Assembly: GCA_030141605.1 (NCBI GenBank)
Contig: JAQGDQ010000698.1
Location: forward strand, 1 to 64,000
Direction of reading: 5' to 3'
DNA length: 64,000 bases
DNA from: Tubiluchus corallicola
Lineage: Eukaryota > Animalia > Priapulida
The notes beneath the pieces are model-generated. The model saw only the letters and a program-made list of their open reading frames with translations. It was not told the origin of the DNA and made no database searches. Shown here in pieces: positions 25,001 through 56,040 of this stretch (positions within the stretch are counted from its first letter, which is position 1; each line of letters begins with the position of its first letter). The position numbers were made by a program, and so were the translations under genes.

Positions 25001-28000
25001 TGAAGATAACCTTGATTGCTTAAAACAGTAATGCCTGCGTATATAGTACAGTTAGCAAATCCATATCATACCGATGGCTTTATGTAAAGCTTTTGCATTT
25101 CATCACTTGTTGGTGAAACAGCCTTGTATGTTGGAGCCTCGATCTTTTGTTTAAAGACTTGTAATCCCCTAACCAAACCTTCCAGGCACAAAAGGTCATA
25201 TCTGAAACAAGAATTTGGATTTTGCTAATGCAAGTTTTGAGTAGGCAGTCATTTAGCCTAAAATGTAACAAAGTGGGCACGGTGGGTGCTTAACAAATGA
25301 AGTTAAGCAACATTAGGTCTGGTCAATAAGTGGACAGGCAACTGCCAAAAACTGCTTCTGGGTGGTTTCTGTTTCACTGGTCATACTGCCCTCACTGAAA
25401 AAAAGAGGCACAAACATTCAAATGTGACAAAACACCTTTGCCGGTTAATAACCTCATATTATGGTATTATTTTTCATAATCGGCAGCTATGCGTCTTGCT
25501 AAAACCAAGTTGGCCTTGCTACTGAGTGCTCTAACTGCACTACACTATAATAGTGTCACGCCTAAAACAAATGACACACTTAAAAAACACAACTGTCAGT
25601 AATAGCAAGTAATCTTGGAGTTACTATCAAAAATTTTTGTACTACTGTGAGATAACTACTGTGAGATGAGGGATGACTGCATTTACTTTGAATGTTTTCA
25701 CCAAGTCCAACTCCATCAGCACAAGCCTCGTCTAGATCCAGATCCTCACCATAGTTCCAATATTGTAAATTCTTGGATATTTTAATGTTGTTTGTAGGTA
25801 AAAAATTAGGTTTAGCTTCACTTTTGCACACATCATGTTGGCTTTCTAACTTGTATTCAGCTCTTTTGTTAAAGATGGTTATTATTTGCTCAGCCCTCTA
25901 GCTGCTTTCTAGCTAAAACCTGTGGAACCTGGTAGGACTCAGCCATTATCCTTACTGATTGTGATTTTGCTCTAGATTTTTTTAAATGCAATCACTTTGG
26001 TTCTATCAGGCACCTGCAAGCCAGTGTCTTGAAGACTATTCCTAATTTTCAACTTTCATCACCAATTCGTACATGCCAAATTTTACAACTTTTTTCATAA
26101 TAACATCTTGAAAATAGCCTATGCAATCGATCAAGTAAATTCGAAAGCAGCGCACCTTTTCCAAATGCATATTAAACACACGGAACAAAAATAATAACAT
26201 TTACACGTATACAAAAACTTACCTGTTTGCTGGTACTTCAATTTTATAAATAACTGCATCAGATGCTTCTTTTGCCTTCTCACCACTGCCAGTTTCACGA
26301 ATAATCATGTCTTTTTCTGAAGTAACTTCATCTAATTCCAGACCATACTCAAAACACAGGTCATCAAAGTCATCATCAGCTGAAAAAATTATTTTAATTA
26401 TCACTACATCTCCCCAATATAATGAAAATCACTTAAAAATCTTTTACGCAAACGTATTTCTTTCTATTTTTTATAATAGTGTCAATTGACAATAGACGAA
26501 TTTTTTATTCTCACAAATTGTTCCAAACACGACCCGATGCTACTTTAGGTAAGACCTACAACAGAAAAGACCTACAATACAAATTCCTTGCGTCATTTCT
26601 CATGAAAATGGAGCACATTGTTTTCTATGGCGCATTTCACAGTGAGGAGAGAGCACGGTCGGCAAAATTCATTGTGAGGAAATTCTGCCGCCTGCTAGAA
26701 GCTATGCTTCTCCTTCTCTTGAGGAATTTTGCAACATGGTAGAAATACTGCATGTTCCATTTTCGTGAGGAATCCTCGCGGAATTCACTCTTAAATTTAA
26801 ACCACTCAATTACTTCTTTCTTATTTAATGAACAACAATTAACACATTTCAGCATAAAATTCTAAGATTTAATCTCTCTTTCAACAGACTGATGATTTTA
26901 TGTTTTATTAATGCAACATCGATGGCTATATTTGTGAAAAAGGCAAAAAATGTATTTTATATAAACGTGTATTTTCAGATTTTGAAGTGGTTAGTAGAAC
27001 TTTACTAAAAAAACAAACAGGTTTGACATTACATTGACTAACATTTATTAGAATATTTGCATATTAGAAATGTGTCAATATAACTTAATTTAGACATGGT
27101 TATACAGTATAAAACTCACAAAGTAGCTACAGTTAATTTGGCGCACAGAAAAAACTGCACGGTTTCACTGTGAAATGAACTTTCTTGCTGCATGGAATTT
27201 TGAGAAAAATCTGAAATTTTCAAAAAAATTCGAATCTTCTGACATCAATTTCTTGTGTCCTCACTGTGAAATGGGCCTCATGAAGAATGAACAAATGATA
27301 CAGTCTGTACAATTTACAGATTACTTCTATGGTAAACATGGCCCTAAATACATTTACAGAGGTTTCATAAGATAGCTGTGGGTTGAGCCTTTGAGGTGAA
27401 TTGTGAAAGGTACAATTTTTAGTTTTCATTATTAATTTTACTTTTGTTTACTGTTTCGGTAAATTTAAGACTGATTTTGAGATTCTTTGTTCCACAATTT
27501 TTTTAATTTACAATATTTACATGCACACATTATTATCACAGAACTTCAGCCTTGTCACGCATGTTAAGCAGTGCTCAGGATAAAATGCATATTGGCTTAA
27601 TTCTGAGCAAAAACCCATTAGAAATCAAAACGTAGGGTACAAAAACATAACGAATCATATTGAGTCATAGTCATAGTCATTTATTTCACCATACACATTT
27701 ACAGGTTACATATACAATATCAGTGAAAGGGCCTACAATGGATATAATACAAATAAAAAATATTGCACAGAAAAGCCTCAAGCACTATTTACTTATACAC
27801 GAATGTAAATGTGTTGTGGGCAATCAAAAAGCAGGGCTTGTTAGATTGTCCCACACAGTGATAGAGAAAAAAAAAGTAATGGAGATAATCTGAAAATTTA
27901 AAGTGAATCGTGATAAAAAAAACCTTAGTGCTTAAAATGGAATGATGTAATGAATGAAACTCATATATGGAATGATATAAAAGATAGAAAGACTATTATT

Positions 28001-29906
28001 TTTTAATAGTATGTAAAATTAAAATAACTTGATTAAGTTAACACCACTGTTTTGCAACTACTCTGAGGATTGAGAATAAAAGCAGCATGTTGAAAACGTC
28101 TTAGATCCAGAAACTGAGTGCAAAAATGAGACAAATAAGTGAAATTTCTTCATTAATTTTAATTTTATCCGAAGTTGAAGAATAACAACCGAATAATCGA
28201 CAGTATGTTTTGCGATGAGACGACAAATGGAACTTTGAATCTATGTAAAATATTACACAATTACAGACTTAAAATATCATGAAGTGCATTAGTGGAATGT
28301 CATTTACTTATGCTTTTAGACACAAATTTCAGTATGGTAACATTGAAAAATCAATGACTCTGAAAAATCTACCTTAATCAAAAATGCAGAAAATACAACA
28401 GCACTAAAAAAACTGAGGATAAGAAGTTTCTCCATGATTACACTTTACGCATTGCAAACAATTTTAGGGGGATAAATACCCGTTGCACTAAAATTTTGTC
28501 TGAAGCACTGAAAATAATCTAGTCTATAAATTGCTAAAGCAAAATGTACACTGTATTTTTTATAATTACATTGCAAAGCTATAAGCTATACAATGCCGAC
28601 CGTTATAATATTTAAAAGCAGAGCTCTGCTTTTTTATTTCAATGATTCAAGGTGAAAGTATCATAATAGTCCACTTAAATTCCAATGGAAAATGTATATG
28701 TTGTACAAAGTTTCAATATATGAACACGCAAAGAGCAAAATGAAAACCAAGTGCATTATACTAATAACAAAATGAAAAATTAAGGTAAAGCATAACATGG
28801 AAATCTCAAAAATTTGGATTAGAACTGTTTCTTAAGAAAGTAAAATTCAGAATGTTGCAGCTTACATTTAAGAAAAACTTTCCACTTTTTCACCCTTCAT
28901 AACTTGTTGCAATAAATGAAATCCATGCCTAGGATTCATGGTTTTCTAAAATTAGATGGAGTGAAAAGGCAATGTTGTCATTTGAAGTATAACTTTTGCT
29001 AGAGGTGCAAAAACAAGTAACAGTACAGAACAACGCATTACATGAAAGTATTGCTGAAACAGTTGCAAATCTATCACGTCCTCAATATTTAGTAAGAAAG
29101 CTTGGTTGTCTTGCACAGCTTGCGATCGAAGCAGTGACCTGAAAACTTTGGAATTAATTTTTTCATTATAAATACTGAATGCATGGAAATTCATTGGACC
29201 TCAGCCCGCCAAACCCACTGGATAATCCAAGAACATGCCATTGATAAATATTTAAGAAACAGATTTGTGAAACATATGCAAGATGTGTTGTGTTTGAGGA
29301 CCAGGACACTACGACTGCTGCTCTGAGATAGGAGGCTGTGCGAGACAACAAAGGCTTACACACTAAATTTTGAGGATTGAGGAAAATTACAGCAGTTTCA
29401 GAAATTTTTAGATGTAATAAATTGTTCTGTAATGTTACTCTCCTAGCAAAAACTCATGTACCATCCTGCATTTTGCCGTTATCTTTAACCACAACATAGC
29501 AAAATTAATTTCTTTTCTCACAGAAAGTTTCACTGTCTTAAACTTTCCCGCAATTGTGATGGGTTTATGATGAGTGCAACTCAAGACAATAGTGTACGAA
29601 TGAATGTGTATACACTCGTACAGAGAAACACTTCTGCAAATGCAAAACATGCAAACAGAAGTTTGTGCATATGCATGTCTGCACGCACGCAGTGAAAACC
29701 CGGCCTGATGCACGATAACGACCCTGTGACAAGCCGGTACGAGACACAAAACTTGTCTTGAATATGATTTCTTGCAAAGATCACTTCCCAAGATGCCAAG
29801 TAGGTATGGGTTAAAAATTTAAAACTAACATTAACAAAACCGACTTACACATAACTTTCTCCAAAGCCTTCCATAAGTGATCTCGATAAACAGAAACAAT
29901 AGGCAT
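16024..29906 (-). CDS. FARSB: Phenylalanine--tRNA ligase beta subunit, cytoplasmic (590 aa, 15 exons)
   Basis: Exons 29906-29849, 26379-26223, 25201-25072, 24195-24136, 23981-23775, 22793-22614, 21845-21784, 21670-21619, 20917-20856, 20359-20152, 19492-19412, 18758-18666, 18118-18001, 16663-16511, 16175-16024. All GT-AG, phases consistent, 1773 nt. Motifs: [95 protein letters not shown]. Confidence 0.97.
25298..25346 (+). mobile_element. Degenerate 5S rRNA-derived segment (SINE3-like fragment)
   Basis: TGAAGTTAAGCAACATTAGGTCTGGTCAATAAGTGGACAGGCAACTGCC resembles the 5S internal control region (GAAGYTAAGCA..GG.CTGGTTAGTACTTGGATGGG.GACCGCC). The rest of a 5S gene is absent. Confidence 0.5.
26532..27383 (+). 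mobile_element. Interspersed MITE-like repeat, copy 1 (same family as 62666-63245)
   Basis: About 550 bp is colinear with 62700-63240; internal GAGGAA/TTCCTC subrepeats; imperfect terminal inversion ACCCGATGCTA/TAGCTGTGGGT. Confidence 0.75.
27662..28230 (-). mobile_element. Probable LINE 3' end remnant
   Basis: The minus strand ends in AATAAA followed by an (ATGACT)n tail at 27662-27686. There is a weak RVVAKQW-like remnant near 28030-28070. Confidence 0.3.
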
Positions 29907-31787
29907 GATCTATCTCAGAAGAACTGCAATTGGAAACACATCAACGTAGCAGCTTGCCTTGAAAATTATAAATGTTTACACTCGTACTATGATGAAATTT
30001 AGTGCAATGTTTACATAAAGTACGCAAGTCGATACTGTACGACCAAAACTTTCTAACCGGCTCAGGGGCTTTGAACTCGCAGCGCTACCTGTAGACGAAA
30101 AACTGTAAAAATTAGGATTTCCCTGTATTTGTCGGGACTCTCACGTTTGCGTCTCTCTTAAACTAAAGTAGGCAATGCTAATCAAAGTGCTCACACTGAA
30201 CAGTGATCATACCCCCACCACAAAACCAACACGTAATTTAGTAACGTTACTAAACGATAATCATATCTCGACTGGCTATTTAAATTTAGATATTTTTTAA
30301 ATGAGGTTAAATGCAAATCAGAAATGTCTCAAAGTAGAGATATTTTTAAGAAGTTATCGTATAAGATTCAGTGGTAATGTAAAGTTTAATACTTAAGATT
30401 ATAATGTGTTTATGGGAGTTAGACTAGTTAGATTAGAACGGCGATGTAGAAATCACGCCACTGAACAAACCATTCCCTAGATGATGTAGAAATTCCAGAG
30501 TGATCACGTGAGGGGAGTTGCATTGAGACGGCAAGATGTTAAGATGGGAGAGTTGCTCTTTGAGGGCTGAACGGTAAACACGTCTCAGACAAAAAGATGT
30601 TAGCTAGGCACAAAGCTGTGAAGATCTGGGTGACGTTCAATATGCTGAGTTGCGGAAATGCAGAGAGATTTTAAGCGGCGTGAAGCCTAGATAGAATTTC
30701 AAATACTTTGCAATGTGTTGTAAATATATATGCATAGAAGTATTATATTACGGTTAAATAACTTGACATGTAAAGAGTTTTTATGATGATGAGCACCAAA
30801 ACAGTTAATAGCCACCAACTAAAATAAAACGAATATTTTACATATATGTTGCTCTTGTATGCAATGATCTAGGATGAGATTATGTTAGAAGCACAGATGT
30901 AATGTGTCATGGTTAGAAGTTAGAGAACTTATTCTTGAGCTGTGTCTTCTGTGATTATATGTATCTACTTTTTCAAAAAAGCTTCTTGATATAAGCAAGA
31001 CCTTTGTTCAGAAATATAGCGATACTGTCTACCACATACATCCGTCGTCACGAGCCATAGTAAATTAAAGTAGTTCAAAAGCAAACAAAAACAAAACAAT
31101 TCCCCCAACTTCAGCAGGCTGACTATAGTCATTTACCTACAATTTTTTTAAAATATTTGTCTTAATTTAACAAGCACTTACTACTTAATAACTTACAAAT
31201 TCTTTTAAAATTAATATATATGGTGTAAATACCAGCATTGTATTACGTGACTAGTTCCTTCAGCTAATAGATTACAGATGCCAATGTGCTTGTGGGTGTC
31301 CATTAAACATGCTCCACTGTGTGAAAAAACTTGGATAATCTCATCCAAGGTTTGCTGTATTTTCTTGATAAATTTTAGTGCCAATTAGATACCATCTTTT
31401 TAAATTTATGATCTTAACCTCAAATAATCTATGACTGATAGGAGAATTCTGATAACATTTGAGGTCAATCATTTAAGAAAGTAAGCTTGTTGATGGAATG
31501 TTATGTTGCATATTCTCTTTCACTATAACCTTCCCAGCATAAGTGCATTTTTAGAAATGATTTTCTATATGGCTTTAAAAATTTCTACAATAAAATTGCG
31601 TGTATCTGAACAGTGCATCACTAATTTCAGAACACTATTAGCACGAGCGTGGAATGTGTTTTCATAAGCTGGTTGTAAAAAAACTAAAAGAAACACAAAA
31701 TTCAAAGTAAAACTGCTGTGTGTTTAACTGCTTTTTTATAAAAAAGTAAATTTATCACAGGACTTTCGCATAATATGACGAAATATG

Positions 31788-50253
<18,466 letters not shown>

Positions 50254-52060
50254 CTTCTGAAAAATAAAATGTTAAGTCCAACAGCAGTTATAGTCAGTAT
50301 ATTTACTATTACATAGGGAAAAGTGTGAAGGATATGCAATTTTGTTTCACAGGACAGTGGTGAAACTGAAACGAGCTACTCAGCTGGGCATAGCCAACTG
50401 AAAAAGTAAAAAAGAATTCTGTGAAAACCTATGTAATTTTTTTAAATAAAAATACATAGCATTATTAAAATAGAAATATAGACCTGGTGGTTATAGCAAA
50501 CTGTTAAGTTTTCCATTAACTTTTCACTTGAAATTCAAGTTAAAGGCAAGTATGAACGTTCAAATACTTGAAGTGTAAGCAATTAAACTGCAGGGTAAAT
50601 AAGTAATTGAAGATGTGAAAATTTCAGTTTTTTTTCCTAAGACTATAAACAACTTCAGGAAATCATTGAGCACACTTGCAGTTTAGAAGATTCTTAGTAA
50701 TTGTGTGTGAGCTACCATTTTGTGTTCAAAGCCTAAAAAGCATAACCTACAAATAATGGAGACTTTGGCACAGTTTGTATATTAATCTGCCTGTAGAATA
50801 TGATTATGTCATAGGTACAGGAATAAACTACGTTACTGGCAAAATAACAACAAAAAACCGTTTTACGCTCATTTACATTCCAAAATGGGTTCTCTTTTTA
50901 TTTCCCTTATGCTGTCTATACAAGTGGGGAAACTGCAACTGCCAAAAACACCCTAAATTGTGAAATGCCAATTGTCCAATGTTCAAAGGTTTCTGCTAGT
51001 TAAGTCTAAAGCTCTGTAGGGTGCAAAGCTGGCAGTACGGCATGGTACGAAAAAAATTCTGAAAAGTACAATACGGAATTAGGTATTATTCGTACTTTAT
51101 CGAACTTTTTCCATATAATTTTTATCCAGCTTCTTGTAACTTTTCCATAGTCAGAAACTCAGCATGATGACTTGTTTCGCCGATGGATGAAGGACTTATT
51201 GTTCTCCCCTAATTAACACAGGGCACACACAATCAAAACAGCTAGATTGGTTCGTTTTGGGTGCAAAAGTGGCAACTTGTCTAGCAGCGTCAGTTGTCAT
51301 TTACAGTACATTACTTTATTGTTATTTATAAACTAGGTAGATTGCTTCCCACGTTTCATACTTATTATAATACATCGTTAAGAACTTTGCCAATCCATAC
51401 AAAACATTAAGGTTTAGTAGTTGAATATCGCTTGAGTTAAATGTTTGCTTGGCCAAAAGAAAATTCAAGACATACTGACCTAACGTAATAACCCATGTCA
51501 CCACAGCATTTAATTACTGTAAAAGCTATCACTGTCTGTGTATACAAATATGTTACCTGGAGATCAACTCATCCAGCTTAAGGCAAATTTGCTAGATCGT
51601 TGTAGAGTGTGCTACCTTTAGCAGATGTTTAGGTTGGAACACTTTAAATTTAAATCAGCATTAAAAGTATATCACTAGTGAACCCGTAATTTAAGACAAC
51701 CATTAAAAACTAGTTAATAAGCCTAACACATCACGTCTGCCACAAAATTATTAGTTAAGTAAGGGGTCGCATCTGACCATGTTCAAGATTTAATATTTTT
51801 ACCATTACAGCTGAACCAACGCAAGTTTTCGATAATTTTTCCTTATCTTTCTAATTTTACTGGCCTAAAGTTGGACATTTTTAAATCGTATTTCAGAGCT
51901 TTTTTGCTTTTCTTTTTCTTGATTAGTGTTATTCAGGGATTTTCAAAATCATGAATCCCTAACTTAAAAATACCACTGCTACTAACGAAAACTGAGACAA
52001 GCAACTAACCAACAAATATCGGGCAGGGATTAAAACGACCGTTTATTGAGATGTTCTCAC

Positions 52061-52335
52061 CTTACTATCATTAGTTCACAAACTGTTCTATAAGTCATAC
52101 ACTTTACAGTTTCCAACATAACCGCCTAATTCAACACGTTTAGTCACTGCACGCAGACATTTTCAGTCTTAACTGCGTCGATTTTGCCATAGCTCAGTCT
52201 AAAAAACGCACCGCGTTATTCATTCTCACACGGACCAGTTTGATTGTTCCCCCAGCTCCACTACACCAGATCGGTATGAGCAAGCCAAACACTTGCGTTG
52301 TCCAGTCAACTGTGCGCTCGTCAGATATATAGGCC
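52061..52335 (-). promoter_or_regulatory. Candidate POLG promoter and first exon (CpG-richer island ending at splice donors)
   Basis: The POLG ATG lies 3 nt after an acceptor (ttttcag|AAGATG), so an upstream exon is expected. This region is locally CpG-rich and has tandem donors ATA|gtaagg (52066) and AAG|gtgaga (52061). Confidence 0.4.
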
Positions 52336-52881
52336 CATAATACTTCTGTTGATTTTCAGTTAGATTTTTGCATGACTAGTATTTAAATCTCGATTTCGTG
52401 TTTTACAGTTATAAATGCCATTTACATGTTGTGGTTTAAAGTGAATAGCCTGCAAAATTTGCTGTTGCTATTATGCACATGCATGAAAATTTTAGTACAT
52501 TTCAGGTTGCGCATTATTTTATACAAAAATTATATAATTTTGGTTTTCAGTTGTTAATTCTTTTTTTTTCATAATTTCAGTTATCATTGATGATTAACTA
52601 GCTGCTTTGTTTGAACCTGTTTAACTGGTTTTTTAAACTGCAGATAACCGTTTCGTCTTTCGCTGTACTCTCTTCGCAATATTTTAAAATCATTTATTAT
52701 GTAATATATTTGTATTATGTGCTTCAGGAAAAAATAAAGATCATGTTATGGTATGGTATTTATTACACGACTTTTTGTTTGTTATAAAGTCCTCTGTAGC
52801 AAACCCCATTTAACCATTGCTATATTGATAAGCCTAATCTAAACAAACTAAGAAAGTTAACCCTTTGTTGCATTTTTGTGC

Positions 52882-53315
52882 CATTGGCGTAGCTAGGTCT
52901 TGTGTGTGTCTAGGGGGGGGGCGTTGCTCGACCCGGGCGTTACTTTGATCAAGTGCTCTCTGAAGTGATGTAGCTTTCTGAAGCGTGCAGGGTTTAATCT
53001 ATTTCTTCCCGAGCAAACCAATTTTTTATTAGTGCTTTTAATGCTTTAATTATTTGGTAGAATTCTAGTAAAATGTGGCACTTAACGAATCTGTCAACAC
53101 AGCATGAACTGAACCTGTTTCAAACTCACAACGCGAGCAGTTTTACTACATTGCTACGCACTGCAGTCAGTATTCAAGTAAAAGGTAGATCTATTTTTTA
53201 CACAAGCACTTTAAATTATCAATGTACCCATGAATTAGTTTACGTCGGGGGTGGGGGTGTCAGGCGGCAAATTCATGTGCCGCCCCGGGCGCCTCAAACT
53301 CTGGCCATACCATTG
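52882..53315. mobile_element. Degenerate hAT-like MITE
   Basis: Termini CATTGGCGTAGCTAG and (reverse complement) CAATGGTATGGCCAG; CCCGGGCG subterminal motifs at both ends; flanks ATTTTTGTGC/AATTTTGTGC. Confidence 0.55.
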
Positions 53316-54539
53316 AATTTTGTGCTGCTTTCTGGTCTGAAATCTGGGGGTAGTTTACAAATTAATTTGCTTCTGTCTTCTTTCTCCATCTATTATTATG
53401 CAGTTCGCCACATGAGGCCGTGCTTTATTTTGTTAATTAAGGAAATGGCGATTTACTGACAAAATGAAATAAAGACCACTGAATCGGGGATGGTGATATT
53501 AGATAAAAAGACAGACAAATAGTCATTAGAATTCCGTCCACTCAAAATTCGTTGCCATAAATTTTATAGGATTTTTTTTTACTTTTATCTTCCAATTATT
53601 AATACATGTTAATTATTAATATCACTCGTTCATCATCCAAGTCACCCATTGTACATACAGCAAAGCTCGGTTTCAAAAGTGCAGAATCTTCGAACGTTGG
53701 TCTACTATAACTTCTAGTCTGTTCGCAATCTAGAGTAAATTGGTAGTTTCGTCACTGTGCATCTGTATCAATATTTACTATAGTATTCGGTCTGGTACTG
53801 ATACATTTAGCACAGACTTTTAATTTAAAAAATAATTTAATATTGGAGCAAAAAATTAGACAACACATATTCTTCGCCTTCCACTTGCCTTTCATTTAAA
53901 AAGCCAGTGACAACACGATTGTATTAACCTATTGACGGTTGACACTTACTAATTCTTTTGATATACGCGTACGTAGAGTGAACCAATGACCACAAAATAA
54001 CAATTTAGTTGCAATTTCCAATTGATAGTGAAACTGGACGACGTTATATTATACATTATTACATCTAACGTAAATTGGTTGTAATTAAAAAAGCTCTTCT
54101 TGACTTCACTGATTAGCTGTCTGAGTAGACTGAAGAATAAGGAACTGGGCTGAATTTTTCTTGCGCAAAATTTTTTCTGCGTTACTGGGAATTTCAGGGA
54201 AACACCTGGGCGAACCCGTGTACGTCTTCCTATCCTGTACAGAGGTTATATTGACGAAGTCTTGTGTTGTTTAATTCTCTAGTACGTATGCCCAAATTTT
54301 TCGTGTTTGGCTGTGATCATTCAGACGCTATCATTTCACATAAGATAAGGGTTATTGCATATCTTCAAACACTGTGAAAAAGTTAAACAATTTTTATTTA
54401 TTTATTTTGGGTTGAAGTTGTACAAATAGCTTACAAAAATGAATGCATCTCCTCTTAACGCTGTGCGAGTGGTACAGTGCAAGACAATGTATTTGTCATT
54501 ATGATTTACGATAGTGATCGACTTTTAAAGTTACTGAGA

Positions 54540-54950
54540 CTACCCACAAATTCAACCATGAATCGCACTTAAGTTTGGTTCTATATTACGTTCGATTTAT
54601 AGACAGAATACCAGTGAACCTACCATCTAGGATAGTCTGCAAGTGCAGTAGTTGCAATGCAAGATATATTGGCAAGACGTCTACACATTTTTCTGTGACC
54701 GTGAGAAAGTGTCAACATATGTATATTTTGTCAAAACACGTGTTCAGCTATTTTTTTACTAATTGTTGGCAGCAACAATGAAGCTTTCTCGACACAACGA
54801 ATATCAGCGACTTTAGCCCAATTAAAACGGTTTGTGTTTTTTTGTACATTACAGTACACATCGCGCAGAATCGTTGCACAGTTCAACCTGTTCAATAAAC
54901 AATAATATTGATTCCTAGAAGTTGGCTCTTTCACGTACATTACACAGTTA
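54540..54950 (+). mobile_element. Decayed Penelope-like element fragment (GIY-YIG endonuclease region)
   Basis: FIDRIPVNLPSRIVCKCSSCNARYIGKTSTHFSVTVRKCQH resembles the PLE endonuclease pattern FKD.IP..L.S.VVY...C..C.A.YIGKT.R.L..R..EH; the VY and catalytic Arg positions are degraded. Confidence 0.65.
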
Positions 54951-56040
54951 TTTTGTTGTATTTGGAATTTTCATTAACGTTTAACGCTTCGTCGTTTTGT
55001 TTGCACAAGTACACATATATAAGTTGATCAAACATGAACTAAGTTTATTCCGGCTGAATAACTGAATACGTATCTGTAAAATTTTGTAACTGCAAAATAA
55101 CTAGTAGGCTTTAATTAATACTTTTAGAAACTTTGAAATAAATTAACATGTTTGGTACATAATTCAACTCGAGAAATTCCATATACAAGTCCTACATGGT
55201 CTCTTATAGTATACCTATATAATGTGCGAACGCTAATCAATCTTGGTATAAGTTTTACTTTAATGCTTAATGTGCTAAAAACTGAATGATGCCAGGGCGC
55301 CGAATCACATGTACACAATGTAATTAAAAACAGTCGTGAAAATTCTGACCGCTCCGTAATTTACATATTACATGTTTATATACGAATAAAACGGTGAAAT
55401 TTACATAGAAAGTTGGTTCTGGATGAATGCAAAATATTCATTAATGTATAACTAGCAGAATTTCGAACAATTCTTGAATTTTATTAATCCTACTAACAAA
55501 AATAGCTTATTTGCAAATCTGGAAACACTTAATTCGAATGTATTAATCAATATACTAAAAACTATTTGACAGTAACTCAAATTAATTCTGTGTTATCAGA
55601 GTGCAATGTCTCTAAAAAATATAATACCACTAATTTACCTTGCAATAATGAAATACAACTTGGATTTTTAGGAAAGTAGGCAAGCTTCAGATACTTAGGA
55701 ACTAAAAGCCGTTGAAATTGTCTGAAGACATTCAGACAGCAAGTAATAACGACACAATCGTCAGTATTTCGATCATTACATTTGTGAATGAAAGAAATTA
55801 ATAGACGCAATGGTCAAAAGGGCGTGACAATTAACGTCTGAGGCGCTACACCAATAATTTTCAAGTTTGGTCCGTAAATAATGTCGAAAACGCATTTAAC
55901 TCAGTTGAGTCCGTGCTAATCACACATTCACACCGAGCTTTAGTTCGTCAGCGCACCCTTTGCTCATGCGCACCCTGAGTGAATTCTTTCAAGTACTTGT
56001 GCCACGCGATACATGTAGAGAGTATCGCCTTTTTATCTCC

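Noticed and set aside
26006-26062. C/D-box snoRNA candidates in FARSB introns (also near 17464 and 22122)
   Set aside because: GTGATGA boxes are present on the minus strand, but D-box spacing is wrong or absent and there is no terminal stem or evident rRNA guide.
30421-30700. GC-richer segment with short inverted matches (TCACGCC/GGCGTGA, TGAGACG/CGTCTCA), considered as a structured ncRNA
   Set aside because: I found no recognisable snRNA, 7SK, RNase P/MRP or telomerase motifs. Fragments such as LLFEG, EDLG and YAELRK look more like a decayed RTE 3' end, and 7-bp matches are expected by chance.
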